From Candidatus Nomurabacteria bacterium (GTDB taxonomy: Bacteria > Patescibacteriota > Minisyncoccia > Phycocordibacterales > UBA9973), in NCBI GenBank assembly GCA_037139835.1, contig JBAXFQ010000003.1:1-63252 (forward strand): a stretch of DNA of 63,252 bases. The letters are read 5' to 3'. A program made the position numbers and the translations under genes. Position 1 is the first letter of the stretch. The number at the start of each line of letters is the position of its first letter. The notes under the pieces were generated by a model. The model was not told the DNA's origin, made no database searches, and saw only the letters and a program-made list of their open reading frames with translations. Shown piece by piece: positions 15,959-24,262 of the stretch.

Positions 15959-18103
15959 TTATTTTCTTGATTCAATGATCGATGTTGCGACACTCTGTGG
16001 AACAATATCGTATCTGATGAATTCCATAGTGAATCCTGCACGTCCTTCAGTCATAGAACGAAGTGATGTCATGTATCCAAACATTTCAGATAGAGGTACG
16101 ACTGCTTTGACAGCTTGGTTCATACCACGAGCTTCCATACCTTCGATTATTCCTCTCTTAGAAGAAAGTGATCCTGTCACATCACCCATGAATTTATCTG
16201 GAGTGACAACTTCGACTTTCATCATAGGTTCAAGGATAACTGGACGAGCCATCTTGCAAGCATCTTGTACGGCCATAGAAGCGGCAATCTTGAAAGCCAT
16301 TTCGTTTGAGTCAACATCGTGGAATGATCCATCATAAAGCTCTACGGAAACATTTTCAAGTTTGAAACCAGCAAGTACTCCCCTGTCTAAGCCTTCTTTA
16401 AATCCTTTTTCACAAGCAGGAATATATTCTTGTGGAATAGCTCCTCCTTTAATAGTATTTATGAATTCAAATCCTTTTTCTCTCTTTGTATTCTTTGGAA
16501 GATCTTCTGGGTCGATAGTCTGGTCCATAGGCTTGATACGAATCTTGACGTGACCATAGTTACCACGGCCTCCTGACTGCTTGATGTATTTACCTTCTAC
16601 TTCAGCTGTGCCTGTGATAGTCTCACGGTAAGCAACTTGAGGCTTACCAACATTTGTCTCAACTGAGAATTCACGCTTCATACGATCAACAATAATTTCA
16701 AGATGAAGTTCTCCCATACCTGCGATGATTGTCTCATTGGTCTCGGCATCTGTGGTAACTCGGAATGTTGGATCTTCTTGTGCTAGACGAGATAGGGCCA
16801 TACCCATTTTCTCTTGGTCTGCTTTTGTCTTTGGTTCAACACGTAGTTGAATAACTGGCTCTGGGAAAATAATACGGTAAAGTTCGATTGGGTGTTCTTC
16901 ATCACAAAGTGTATCTGAAGTGATAGTGTCTTTGAGTCCTACTGCTGCGGCTATCTCCCCTGCGTAAACTTTCTTCACTTCTTCACGATCGTTGGCATGC
17001 ATACGAAGTATACGTCCGATTCTTTCTTTGTTTCTTGTGCGAGGATTGTAAACATAACTTCCTGCAGAGAGAGATCCAGAATAAACTCGGAAGAAAATGA
17101 TCTGTCCTACGAATGGGTCGGTCGCAACTTTGAAAGCCAAAGCTGAGAAAGGTTCTGCATCTGAGGCTTTACGATCCATAACTTCTTCTGTTTCAGGATT
17201 TACTCCTTGAATAGCTGGAATATCAAGAGGACTTGGAAGATAGTCGACAACAGCGTCGAGAACTAACTGTACTCCTTTATTCTTTAATGCTGATCCTGCA
17301 AATACTGGGAAAATTTCGTTGGCTATAACTCCCTTTCTCATCAATCTTTTTAGAGTATCGAGGTCAGGAATTTTTCCTTCGAGGTAGTCATTCATTATTG
17401 TGTCGTCTTGCTCAACTATCTTTTCCAATAATTCATTGTGATACTTTTCTGCATCAGCTTTCATATTTTCAGGAATTTCTTTTTCTATAACTTTATTACC
17501 CATTTCCCCTTCAAAGTAGTATGCCTTCATTTTTAGAAGATCGACAACTCCCTCGTGATGATCTTCGAGACCAATAGGAAGTTGCATTCTTATTGCTTTC
17601 TTTGTAAGACGATCAAGAATAGTAGCAAATGAGTGTTCAAAAGATGCCCCTGTTCTATCCAATTTATTTATAAAACAAATTCGAGGAACACTTGCTTCGT
17701 CAGCATAACGCCAGTTAGTTTCAGACTGAGGTTCTACTCCAGCAACACCATCAAATACAACTACCGCTCCATCGAGAACACGAAGAGAACGCTTTACTTC
17801 CACAGTGAAATCAATGTGACCTGGTGTGTCAATAATATTGAAACGGTGCTTTTTACTTTTGTCAGTAATGTTTGCATAAGTTGGAGTCCAGAAACAAGTA
17901 ACAGCAGCAGAAGTAATAGTGATACCTCTCTCGCGCTCTTGCTCCATCCAGTCTGTGGTTGTCTCCCCATCGTGAACTTCACCTATCTTATGCGATACTC
18001 CTGTATAAAACAGAACACGCTCTGTAGTAGTAGTCTTACCCGCATCAATGTGGGCAATAATACCAATATTTCTAACTTTCTCTAGTGGATAATCTCTTTC
18101 CAT
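15959..18103 (-). CDS. fusA: translation elongation factor G
   Basis: [37 protein letters not shown]; 714 aa, full-length EF-G architecture. Confidence 0.97.
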   Translation of the reverse strand: MERDYPLEKVRNIGIIAHIDAGKTTTTERVLFYTGVSHKIGEVHDGETTTDWMEQERERGITITSAAVTCFWTPTYANITDKSKKHRFNIIDTPGHIDFTVEVKRSLRVLDGAVVVFDGVAGVEPQSETNWRYADEASVPRICFINKLDRTGASFEHSFATILDRLTKKAIRMQLPIGLEDHHEGVVDLLKMKAYYFEGEMGNKVIEKEIPENMKADAEKYHNELLEKIVEQDDTIMNDYLEGKIPDLDTLKRLMRKGVIANEIFPVFAGSALKNKGVQLVLDAVVDYLPSPLDIPAIQGVNPETEEVMDRKASDAEPFSALAFKVATDPFVGQIIFFRVYSGSLSAGSYVYNPRTRNKERIGRILRMHANDREEVKKVYAGEIAAAVGLKDTITSDTLCDEEHPIELYRIIFPEPVIQLRVEPKTKADQEKMGMALSRLAQEDPTFRVTTDAETNETIIAGMGELHLEIIVDRMKREFSVETNVGKPQVAYRETITGTAEVEGKYIKQSGGRGNYGHVKIRIKPMDQTIDPEDLPKNTKREKGFEFINTIKGGAIPQEYIPACEKGFKEGLDRGVLAGFKLENVSVELYDGSFHDVDSNEMAFKIAASMAVQDACKMARPVILEPMMKVEVVTPDKFMGDVTGSLSSKRGIIEGMEARGMNQAVKAVVPLSEMFGYMTSLRSMTEGRAGFTMEFIRYDIVPQSVATSIIESRK

Positions 18104-18175
18104 ATATATTAATTATGTTGCTAAAAATAAAATACCTGATTTTCGCAGGTAGACGTCTCCGTCTTTTGTCCCCCA

Positions 18176-18204
18176 AATATACAATAAATCCCTCTTTTTT
18201 GCAA
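18176..18204 (-). promoter_or_regulatory. candidate fusA-specific promoter (-35 TTGCAA, 17-nt spacer, -10 TATATT)
   Basis: Minus strand reads TTGCAA-aaaagagggatttattg-TATATT, about 70 nt upstream of the fusA ATG. The leader contains the small hairpins AGACG-gaga-CGTCT and TACCTG-cgaaaat-CAGGTA followed by a U-run. Confidence 0.4.
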
Positions 18205-18250
18205 CAAAAAAATTGATCCTATCGTGAGATAAGACCAATTTAAATAAATA

Positions 18251-18394
18251 CTACGAGTACCAAAAACATGCCCATCTATCGAAGAAACACCCAGGAACAG
18301 GAACAACCCAAGCTGTAGCTCCTCTAGACCTTAATCTGCTAGCTTTTTTATAAGCGCTAGATTTAAAAAAGAAATACTTTTCTTTAGGATCCAT
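18251..18394 (-). CDS. possible 47-aa small ORF in the rpsG-fusA spacer (MDPKEKYFFFKSSAYKKASRLRSRGATAWVVPVPGCFFDRWACFWYS)
   Basis: ATG-to-TAG ORF that I read by hand; below the ORF-track size cut-off. I recognise no homology and see no clear SD. Confidence 0.2.
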   Translation of the reverse strand: MDPKEKYFFFKSSAYKKASRLRSRGATAWVVPVPGCFFDRWACFWYS

Positions 18395-18430
18395 AATAAA
18401 ATTATTGTTTAAATTCTTTTATGTTATAAC

Positions 18431-18457
18431 ACAAAAATCCCCTGTTGGGGAGTTTTG
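18431..18457 (-). terminator. intrinsic terminator directly after rpsG
   Basis: Minus strand AAAACTCCCC-aaca-GGGGATTTTTG. Confidence 0.7.
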
Positions 18458-18474
18458 ATTTTGTTTTATTTATA

Positions 18475-18945
18475 TTACCAAGCAAAATGGGCAAATGCTT
18501 TATTGGCTTCTGCCATTCTGTGAGTATCATCACGTTTCTTAATGGCTGAACCTTCATTCTTTGAAGCGAGTATCAATTCTTCTGCAAGCTTTTCATGTAT
18601 AGGTGCTCCTTTCTTTGAGCGAGCTGCATCTATCATCCAACGCATTGCTAGGGCTAGACGTCTTTCAGGACGGACTTCACGAGGAACCTGATAGTTTGCA
18701 CCACCGATACGACGAGAACGAACTTCAACTGTAGGACCTGCATTCTTTAAAGCTGTATCAAAAACTTCTAGAGGGTTTGGGTTGCCAGTCTTTTCTTTTA
18801 TAATTTCAAAAGCTTTATAAACTGACTTTCTTGCTGTCTCCTTCTTTCCATGAAGCATGATGTTGTTTATGAACTTTGCTAACTTTTGAGAGTTATACAT
18901 TATATCTGGTTCAACTATATTTCTGTTTTTTATTTTTCTTCTCAT
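18475..18945 (-). CDS. rpsG: 30S ribosomal protein S7
   Basis: 156 aa; ...KFINNIMLHGKKETARKSVY...RVGGANYQVP... is typical S7. Confidence 0.97.
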   Translation of the reverse strand: MRRKIKNRNIVEPDIMYNSQKLAKFINNIMLHGKKETARKSVYKAFEIIKEKTGNPNPLEVFDTALKNAGPTVEVRSRRIGGANYQVPREVRPERRLALAMRWMIDAARSKKGAPIHEKLAEELILASKNEGSAIKKRDDTHRMAEANKAFAHFAW

Positions 18946-18957
18946 ATTGTTTTAAAA

Positions 18958-19386
18958 TTATTTTTTAGCAGCTGTCTTCTTTGGTGTCTTTGTACCATAG
19001 AGACTTCTTGACTGACGACGCTTCTCTACTCCTGTAGTATCGAGACGTCCACGAACTATGTGATAACGAACTCCGATAAGGTCTTTAACACGTCCTCCAC
19101 GGATCATAACAACTGAGTGCTCTTGTAGATTGTGCCCTTCTCCTGGAATATAAGCTGTTACTTCCATACCATTTGTAAGCCTTACACGGGCAATCTTTCG
19201 GAGAGCTGAGTTAGGCTTCTTAGGTGTAGTAGTAGAAACTTTAGTACAAACTCCACGTTTAAAAGGAGCTGGATAATATACAGGCTTATTTTTAATTGAA
19301 TTGAAACCACGAGCCAAAGCAACTGCTTTAGACTTTCTCTTGATTATTTTACGGTTCTTACGAACCAATTGATTGATTGTAGGCAT
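18958..19386 (-). CDS. rpsL: 30S ribosomal protein S12
   Basis: [10 protein letters not shown]..., [10 protein letters not shown], typical S12. Confidence 0.97.
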   Translation of the reverse strand: MPTINQLVRKNRKIIKRKSKAVALARGFNSIKNKPVYYPAPFKRGVCTKVSTTTPKKPNSALRKIARVRLTNGMEVTAYIPGEGHNLQEHSVVMIRGGRVKDLIGVRYHIVRGRLDTTGVEKRRQSRSLYGTKTPKKTAAKK

Positions 19387-19538
19387 GTTTTTAAAAAAAT
19401 AGTCGAAACGACTAGTCCAGACACTTTACTATAAAGTATTAAATAAAGCAAGTCCCCACACCTATATTTTCTAAAATAAAAATATAGGTGTGGGGGCAAG
19501 CCCTTTATATCATCTATATATAAAAATAAGAATTTTTA

Positions 19539-20159
19539 TTATATACCAGTTATGAGATGAAAGGCTATCAATATAATAGGTGAAACTTTAGTCCAAAGAA
19601 AAATTATAAAAAACAAAAGTAAGAACATTCCCCACTTTTCTAAAAAGTTTTCTATATATCTATATTTATAAGGTAGGAACGAAAACATAATTTTAGAACC
19701 ATCAAGAGGTGGAATAGGTATTAAATTAAATAAAGCGAGAACTAAATTTAAAATAACTATAATAGAAGTAATCTTAAAGAATGGAGCTGACATTGGAATT
19801 CCTAACAAAGGTGCAAATCGGATAAGTAAACCGAAGAAAATCACCAAAACAAGATTGGCCAATATACCAGCAATAGCTACGAGGAAAGTTCCTTTCTTCT
19901 CATCTCTTAAATTTGCAGGATTATAAGGAACAGGCTTTGCCCATCCGATAACAAAACCAGCACTCATCAATACAAGAAGCAATGGAAGTATAACTGAACC
20001 AAAAGGATCAAGATGCTTTAGAGGATTTAGTGTGAGACGTCCACTATTGCGAGCTGTATTGTCGCCGAGAAGATAGGCTGAGTATCCATGAGCTACTTCA
20101 TGAACGACTACAGACATTATCAATACAATTATATAGAATATTCCATCAATCATTTGCAT
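19539..20159 (-). CDS. site-2 protease family (peptidase M50) membrane metalloprotease
   Basis: HEVAHG zinc motif in TM1, NLIPIPPLDGSK motif; polytopic. Confidence 0.85.
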   Translation of the reverse strand: MQMIDGIFYIIVLIMSVVVHEVAHGYSAYLLGDNTARNSGRLTLNPLKHLDPFGSVILPLLLVLMSAGFVIGWAKPVPYNPANLRDEKKGTFLVAIAGILANLVLVIFFGLLIRFAPLLGIPMSAPFFKITSIIVILNLVLALFNLIPIPPLDGSKIMFSFLPYKYRYIENFLEKWGMFLLLFFIIFLWTKVSPIILIAFHLITGI

Positions 20160-20234
20160 ATATTTTAATATAAAAGATTCCCTTACTTATGAGTTTGCAT
20201 TTATATGAACTATATGATAGCATGGAACTCACAT

Positions 20235-20480
20235 ATGGCAAAAGTCTGTGATATAACAAAAAAGGGCTCAATAATGGGTGGAGGATACTCCAACGTTGTT
20301 CGTGCTACCAAGTTCAATCCTACAGGCATGGTTCGTAAATATGCCAACCTTCAAAAGAAGCGTATCTACGTCCCTGAGCTTAAAAAGTACTTCCCTCTAA
20401 CTATTTCTACCAAGGCAATCAAAACAATCAACAAACACGGAGCCTATGCAGTATTAAAGAAAGCTGGAATCATAAAATAA
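20235..20480 (+). CDS. rpmB: 50S ribosomal protein L28
   Basis: MAKVCDITKKG... is an L28-type N-terminus. The ORF-track start at 20205 is probably too far upstream. Confidence 0.85.
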   Translation: MAKVCDITKKGSIMGGGYSNVVRATKFNPTGMVRKYANLQKKRIYVPELKKYFPLTISTKAIKTINKHGAYAVLKKAGIIK

Positions 20481-20510
20481 AAATCCTCACAATCGTGAGG
20501 ATTTTTATTT
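20480..20510 (+). terminator. intrinsic terminator after rpmB
   Basis: AAAATCCTCAC-aatc-GTGAGGATTTTTATTTT. Confidence 0.85.
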
Positions 20511-20517
20511 TGTATTT

Positions 20518-20636
20518 AGGTCGTATTTGAAATAGTTCTTAAGAAGGAACTTGCGCAGGCTGTCGAGCCGAGCAGAGCAATTTCCTAGTAAGGAAATATG
20601 CGTGTCCTTCGAAGGAATCTATTTCAAAGAAGACCT
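20518..20636 (+). ncRNA. structured repeat element, copy 1 (long imperfect hairpin with a conserved 56-nt branched core at 20549-20604); candidate small RNA or structured DNA site; strand tentative
   Basis: The core ACTTGCGCAG-[hairpin 1]-CGAGCAGAGCA-[hairpin 2]-ATGCGTG is shared with 23619-23674. Hairpin 1 is GGCT-gtcg-AGCC and hairpin 2 is ATTTCCT-agta-AGGAAAT. Outer stems: TTGAAATAG/CTATTTCAA and AGGTC/GACCT. Confidence 0.45.
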
Positions 20637-21507
20637 ATTTTGTATATACAAGTTTTATTCCATCTGACTCAAAAATAATATTGCCTAAGTCTGAAGTTTT
20701 TAAAAATGGAATATGAAGTGAGGTTAGTCTATCTAGGATATCTTTATGCGGATGACCATACTTATTCCCTTTATCTACTGAGATGATAGCAACTCTCGGA
20801 TTCACCTTCTCAAGCCAAGAAACACCCGATGAAGTATGTGACCCATGATGTCCAAGCTTCAGGACATCAGATTTTAAAGTACTATCTTTTTCATTCCAGC
20901 CAATCAGATTCTCAGTATAAGTTGTTGCATCCCCTGTGAACATAAATGAGTCTTTACCATACGTTAGCTTCCCTACTATCGAGCCATCATTACTATCAAA
21001 ATTCGACACATCTCTATCAGGAAAAATAATATCGAAATAAATATTTTTCTTATTATCAAGTATGATATGCATTCCTCTCTTTGCGATTATTTTCTTTATT
21101 TTATTTTTTACAATTTTGTTTTCTAAACTTTCATATACTTTCGAATCAGATGTTGCCCCATTTTCTAATATACTTCCCACTTTATAATTATCTATCAGAA
21201 GTGGAAACCCTCCGATATGATCCATATCTGGATGCGTAGCCACTATCATATCTATCGAGCGATCAGCAAAAGGCATAACCTTCGACAAACTAGATAAAAG
21301 TTTAGCATCTGGCCCTCCGTCTATAAGCATTTGCTTGCCATTAGGGGCTTCTATATAGATAGCATCCCCTTGCCCAACATCTAGAAATACAACTTTTAAA
21401 TATGGGCTGTTCTTATGTTGAAAAACGAAAAACCAGATACCAGCCGTCAAAATAACCAATAAAATCAATAGAATATATGGTAGATATTTTCTTCTTCTTT
21501 CCATCAC
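20635..21507 (-). CDS. membrane-anchored metallo-beta-lactamase-fold protein equivalent to the ComEC/Rec2 C-terminal domain
   Basis: N-terminal TM helix. VVFLDVGQGDAIYIE, HPDMDHIGG, GDA, LKLGHHGS motifs as in the ComEC MBL domain. Confidence 0.8.
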   Translation of the reverse strand: MMERRRKYLPYILLILLVILTAGIWFFVFQHKNSPYLKVVFLDVGQGDAIYIEAPNGKQMLIDGGPDAKLLSSLSKVMPFADRSIDMIVATHPDMDHIGGFPLLIDNYKVGSILENGATSDSKVYESLENKIVKNKIKKIIAKRGMHIILDNKKNIYFDIIFPDRDVSNFDSNDGSIVGKLTYGKDSFMFTGDATTYTENLIGWNEKDSTLKSDVLKLGHHGSHTSSGVSWLEKVNPRVAIISVDKGNKYGHPHKDILDRLTSLHIPFLKTSDLGNIIFESDGIKLVYTK

Positions 21508-21529
21508 AGTTAGATATTATAAATAATTT

Positions 21530-21567
21530 GTGTTCCGTTTAAGAATAATGCATATCTAACGGGACAC
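21530..21567. repeat. solo imperfect hairpin carrying the TCTAACGGG terminus motif
   Basis: GTGTTCCGTTTAAGA-ataatgcata-TCTAACGGGACAC, in the divergent spacer between the MBL gene and the SOD-like gene. Confidence 0.5.
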
Positions 21568-21608
21568 GTGTTATACTTCATATATTAACATTAAATAACA
21601 ATAAAAAC

Positions 21609-22217
21609 ATGGAAACATTTACACCGAAAACATTTGATATACCAAAATTAACAGGTATAAGCGAGAAAGCAATAGAAGAGCATCTAAAATTATATAAAGC
21701 TTACGTAGCTAATTCAAACTTGGTTTTAAATAAAATAAAAGAATACGAGAAAGATTTAGTTGCCAATGCTTATATTCTAAGCGAGCTTCATCGCCGTTTC
21801 GCTTTTGAATTCGGAGGCGTTCGTAATCACGAATATTATTTTACATCTCTTTCAAGTGGATCAAAATCACTTCCGGCTGATTCTAAATTAAAAGTAGAAA
21901 TAGAGAAAAGTGGTATTACTTTTGAAGTATGGCTAGCAAACTTCAAAGCATTAGCTATGACTCGCGGTATCGGATGGGCAATGCTTTACTATGACAAAGA
22001 AACCAATAGTCTTCTAACACAGTGGGTAGATGAGCAACACTTAGGTCATCTAGTTAGTGCTTCTCCTATCCTCGCTTTAGATATGTGGGAGCATTCATAT
22101 CTCTTCGATTATATTCCATCTGAAAAGAAAAATTATATAGAAGCCTTTTTTGCAAACTTGAACTGGGAAGTAATAGAAAGTAATTACGAAAATCAGGTTC
22201 TAGTTTCTAGTAATTAG
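21609..22217 (+). CDS. Fe/Mn superoxide dismutase family protein (divergent N-terminal motif)
   Basis: GGVRNHEYYF (compare GGH.NH..FW) and LDMWEHSYLFDY (compare D.WEHAYY). Confidence 0.75.
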   Translation: METFTPKTFDIPKLTGISEKAIEEHLKLYKAYVANSNLVLNKIKEYEKDLVANAYILSELHRRFAFEFGGVRNHEYYFTSLSSGSKSLPADSKLKVEIEKSGITFEVWLANFKALAMTRGIGWAMLYYDKETNSLLTQWVDEQHLGHLVSASPILALDMWEHSYLFDYIPSEKKNYIEAFFANLNWEVIESNYENQVLVSSN

Positions 22218-22225
22218 TGGCTAGT

Positions 22226-22256
22226 AAAAATACATCGACATAATCGATGTATTTTT
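22226..22256. terminator. bidirectional terminator between the convergent SOD-like and ComEC genes
   Basis: AAAAATACATCGA-cataa-TCGATGTATTTTT. Confidence 0.85.
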
Positions 22257-22290
22257 ACTTACTAGAAACTAATCACTAGCTTACTAACTA

Positions 22291-23577
22291 CTAATCTTTA
22301 AATATCCACCAAGATAAAAAACTATAAATTAAGATTGTAAATACTAGTGGAAATGATTGAATTGAGATACTAGCGAAAGATAAAGATCCGAAAAAATGAA
22401 TCACACTTAATATATATAATAGTATCAAGTATGTTATATACCCTGCTGCTATAGACAATAGAGGTAAGATAAATCCTAACATACCAGTTATAAATATAAA
22501 TAACATAGCAGTAGGAATAAGAAGTAATATTAGAAAATTAGCAGGTAAAGAGACTAAAGATAAAACTCCAGTTAAATACAAAAGTATAGGCAAGACAGAA
22601 ATGGTAGCAGCGACAGTGCTGGCTACCATTTCTCGTATTCCAAAACGGAGAGGTAAAAATTTAAACCACCTTAAAACTTTCGGTGTTAAAAATAAAACCC
22701 CGCCAGTCGCAATGAAAGATAGTTGGAAAGACATGTCGACTAGAACTCTCGGATCATAAGCTACCATAAGTAGTCCTGCTACTATGAGAGCTCGCCCTGC
22801 GACGTATCGCCTATCTGTAATCCTACCCAAGAGCATAATGGTGGCCATAATACCCGCACGAATAGCAGTCGAAGATGCTCCTGTCATAATGATAAATAAA
22901 AGTATGACGACTATTCCTATGACTATTGAAAGGGTTTTTGAGAGTATTGTGCCGAAAGTTTTCATCACTCCGTCGGCCACGATAGATACGTTGTAGCCAG
23001 AGAGTGCGATCATATGGATAGTCCCTGTATCTATGAATTCCTTATTTGTCTCTTCATCAAAGCCACCTCGCACTCCAAGGATCAAGCCATTGGCCAGGTC
23101 GCTCTCAGGCATTGGAATAACATTATTTATATTTCTAATAAATGAGTTGCGAAGTTTAAATAATAAAGTTTTTATTTTATTACCATTGCCACTAGAAATA
23201 ATTTCCATGTCTGCATTTTTAATTAAATAATAAATATCTTTATTAGCTAGATATCTTTTATAATTAAATTCTTTCCCCACACTAGTTGTAAAGTTTTCTG
23301 GCTCTTCTAATACACCTTTGACTTTCACTTCATCTCCATAAGAAACTTCTACATCCCTTCCGACAAAAACTAAAATATTTACATCGTTGTCTTTCAATTT
23401 AATATTTAAATGTTTATTCTTTAGTCGGATATCTGGATCCTCACTAACCTGCCCCTCCAGAGATACACTCTTCCCTACAACACTACTATAGTCCGGAGCC
23501 TTCGGTAGATAAAAGAAAAATCGCACGATGGCGACTGCTATCAAAATCAAAACTATTAAAATTTCTTTTTTAGACAT
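22291..23577 (-). CDS. comEC: ComEC/Rec2 DNA-uptake channel, N-terminal OB (DUF4131-like) plus competence domain only (no MBL domain)
   Basis: N-terminal TM plus an OB-like segment (VSLEGQVSEDP...YGDEVKVKGVLEEP). TGTIHMIALSGYNVSIVA is the competence-domain signature. Polytopic C-terminal part. The ATG at 23577 is preferred over the TTG at 23601 used by the ORF track. Confidence 0.85.
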   Translation of the reverse strand: MSKKEILIVLILIAVAIVRFFFYLPKAPDYSSVVGKSVSLEGQVSEDPDIRLKNKHLNIKLKDNDVNILVFVGRDVEVSYGDEVKVKGVLEEPENFTTSVGKEFNYKRYLANKDIYYLIKNADMEIISSGNGNKIKTLLFKLRNSFIRNINNVIPMPESDLANGLILGVRGGFDEETNKEFIDTGTIHMIALSGYNVSIVADGVMKTFGTILSKTLSIVIGIVVILLFIIMTGASSTAIRAGIMATIMLLGRITDRRYVAGRALIVAGLLMVAYDPRVLVDMSFQLSFIATGGVLFLTPKVLRWFKFLPLRFGIREMVASTVAATISVLPILLYLTGVLSLVSLPANFLILLLIPTAMLFIFITGMLGFILPLLSIAAGYITYLILLYILSVIHFFGSLSFASISIQSFPLVFTILIYSFLSWWIFKD

Positions 23578-23596
23578 ACGATTTAACAAGCCTGAA

Positions 23597-23696
23597 ATCA
23601 AAAGTATGTTTTAGAATGACTTGCGCAGCACGACGGTGCGAGCAGAGCAAAATCTCAGCAGAGATTTATGCGTGCATTATAAAATATACTTTTGAT
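23597..23696 (+). ncRNA. structured repeat element, copy 2 (core 23619-23674); fills the rnhA-comEC spacer; strand tentative
   Basis: Same 56-nt core. Hairpin 1 is GCAC-gacg-GTGC and hairpin 2 is AAATCTC-agca-GAGATTT. The ~23-nt outer arm ATCAAAAGTATGTTTTAGAATGAC pairs with GCATTATAAAATATACTTTTGAT. The 3' arm overlaps the last rnhA codons. Confidence 0.45.
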
Positions 23697-24141
23697 GTAA
23701 GGCGCTTAATGTTGCTATCTCATCTGCACGATCATTATAAATGTGCCCCGAATGTCCTTTCACTTTCTGCCAAATTATTTTACCTTTAAACTCACGCACA
23801 AGCCCGATAAGTTCTTGCCATAAATCTTGATTCAAAACTGGTTCCTTTTTAGAAGTTCGCCATCCATTCTTCTCCCATCCGAAAATCCAATTAGTAACTC
23901 CCCCTAGGACATAGGCCGAGTCAGCATGGATAGTCACTGTATATTCATGATGATGCTTATTCATATATTTAAGTGCTTCTATGGCAGCCTGAAGCTCCAT
24001 ACGATTGTTTGTCGTATCTTTATGATAACCTCCCAACTCTTCTATTATTTTACCTCCATCGACAATAACAGTCCCCCACCCACCAGGCCCAGGATTCCCC
24101 AATGACGACCCGTCTGTATATATTTGTATTTCTTTATTCAT
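23677..24141 (-). CDS. rnhA: ribonuclease HI
   Basis: IYTDGSSLGNPGPGGWG, ...NNRMELQAAIEAL..., 154 aa. Confidence 0.93.
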   Translation of the reverse strand: MNKEIQIYTDGSSLGNPGPGGWGTVIVDGGKIIEELGGYHKDTTNNRMELQAAIEALKYMNKHHHEYTVTIHADSAYVLGGVTNWIFGWEKNGWRTSKKEPVLNQDLWQELIGLVREFKGKIIWQKVKGHSGHIYNDRADEIATLSALHQKYIL

Positions 24142-24262
24142 ATGATTTGAGTAAGAATTTTTTTAAAGTCTCATGAAAAATGGTCTGGCACCGGCTCCCG
24201 TCCCCCTCGTCCGAGGACCTTTTGAATGAGAGCTTTGAAAAAATTCTGACTTTTACATTATA

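Noticed and set aside
18121-18306. Minus-strand 61-aa ORF in the rpsG-fusA spacer.
   Set aside because: It overlaps the candidate fusA promoter and leader, has no recognisable features, and competes with a different-frame 47-aa ORF. It is probably non-coding.
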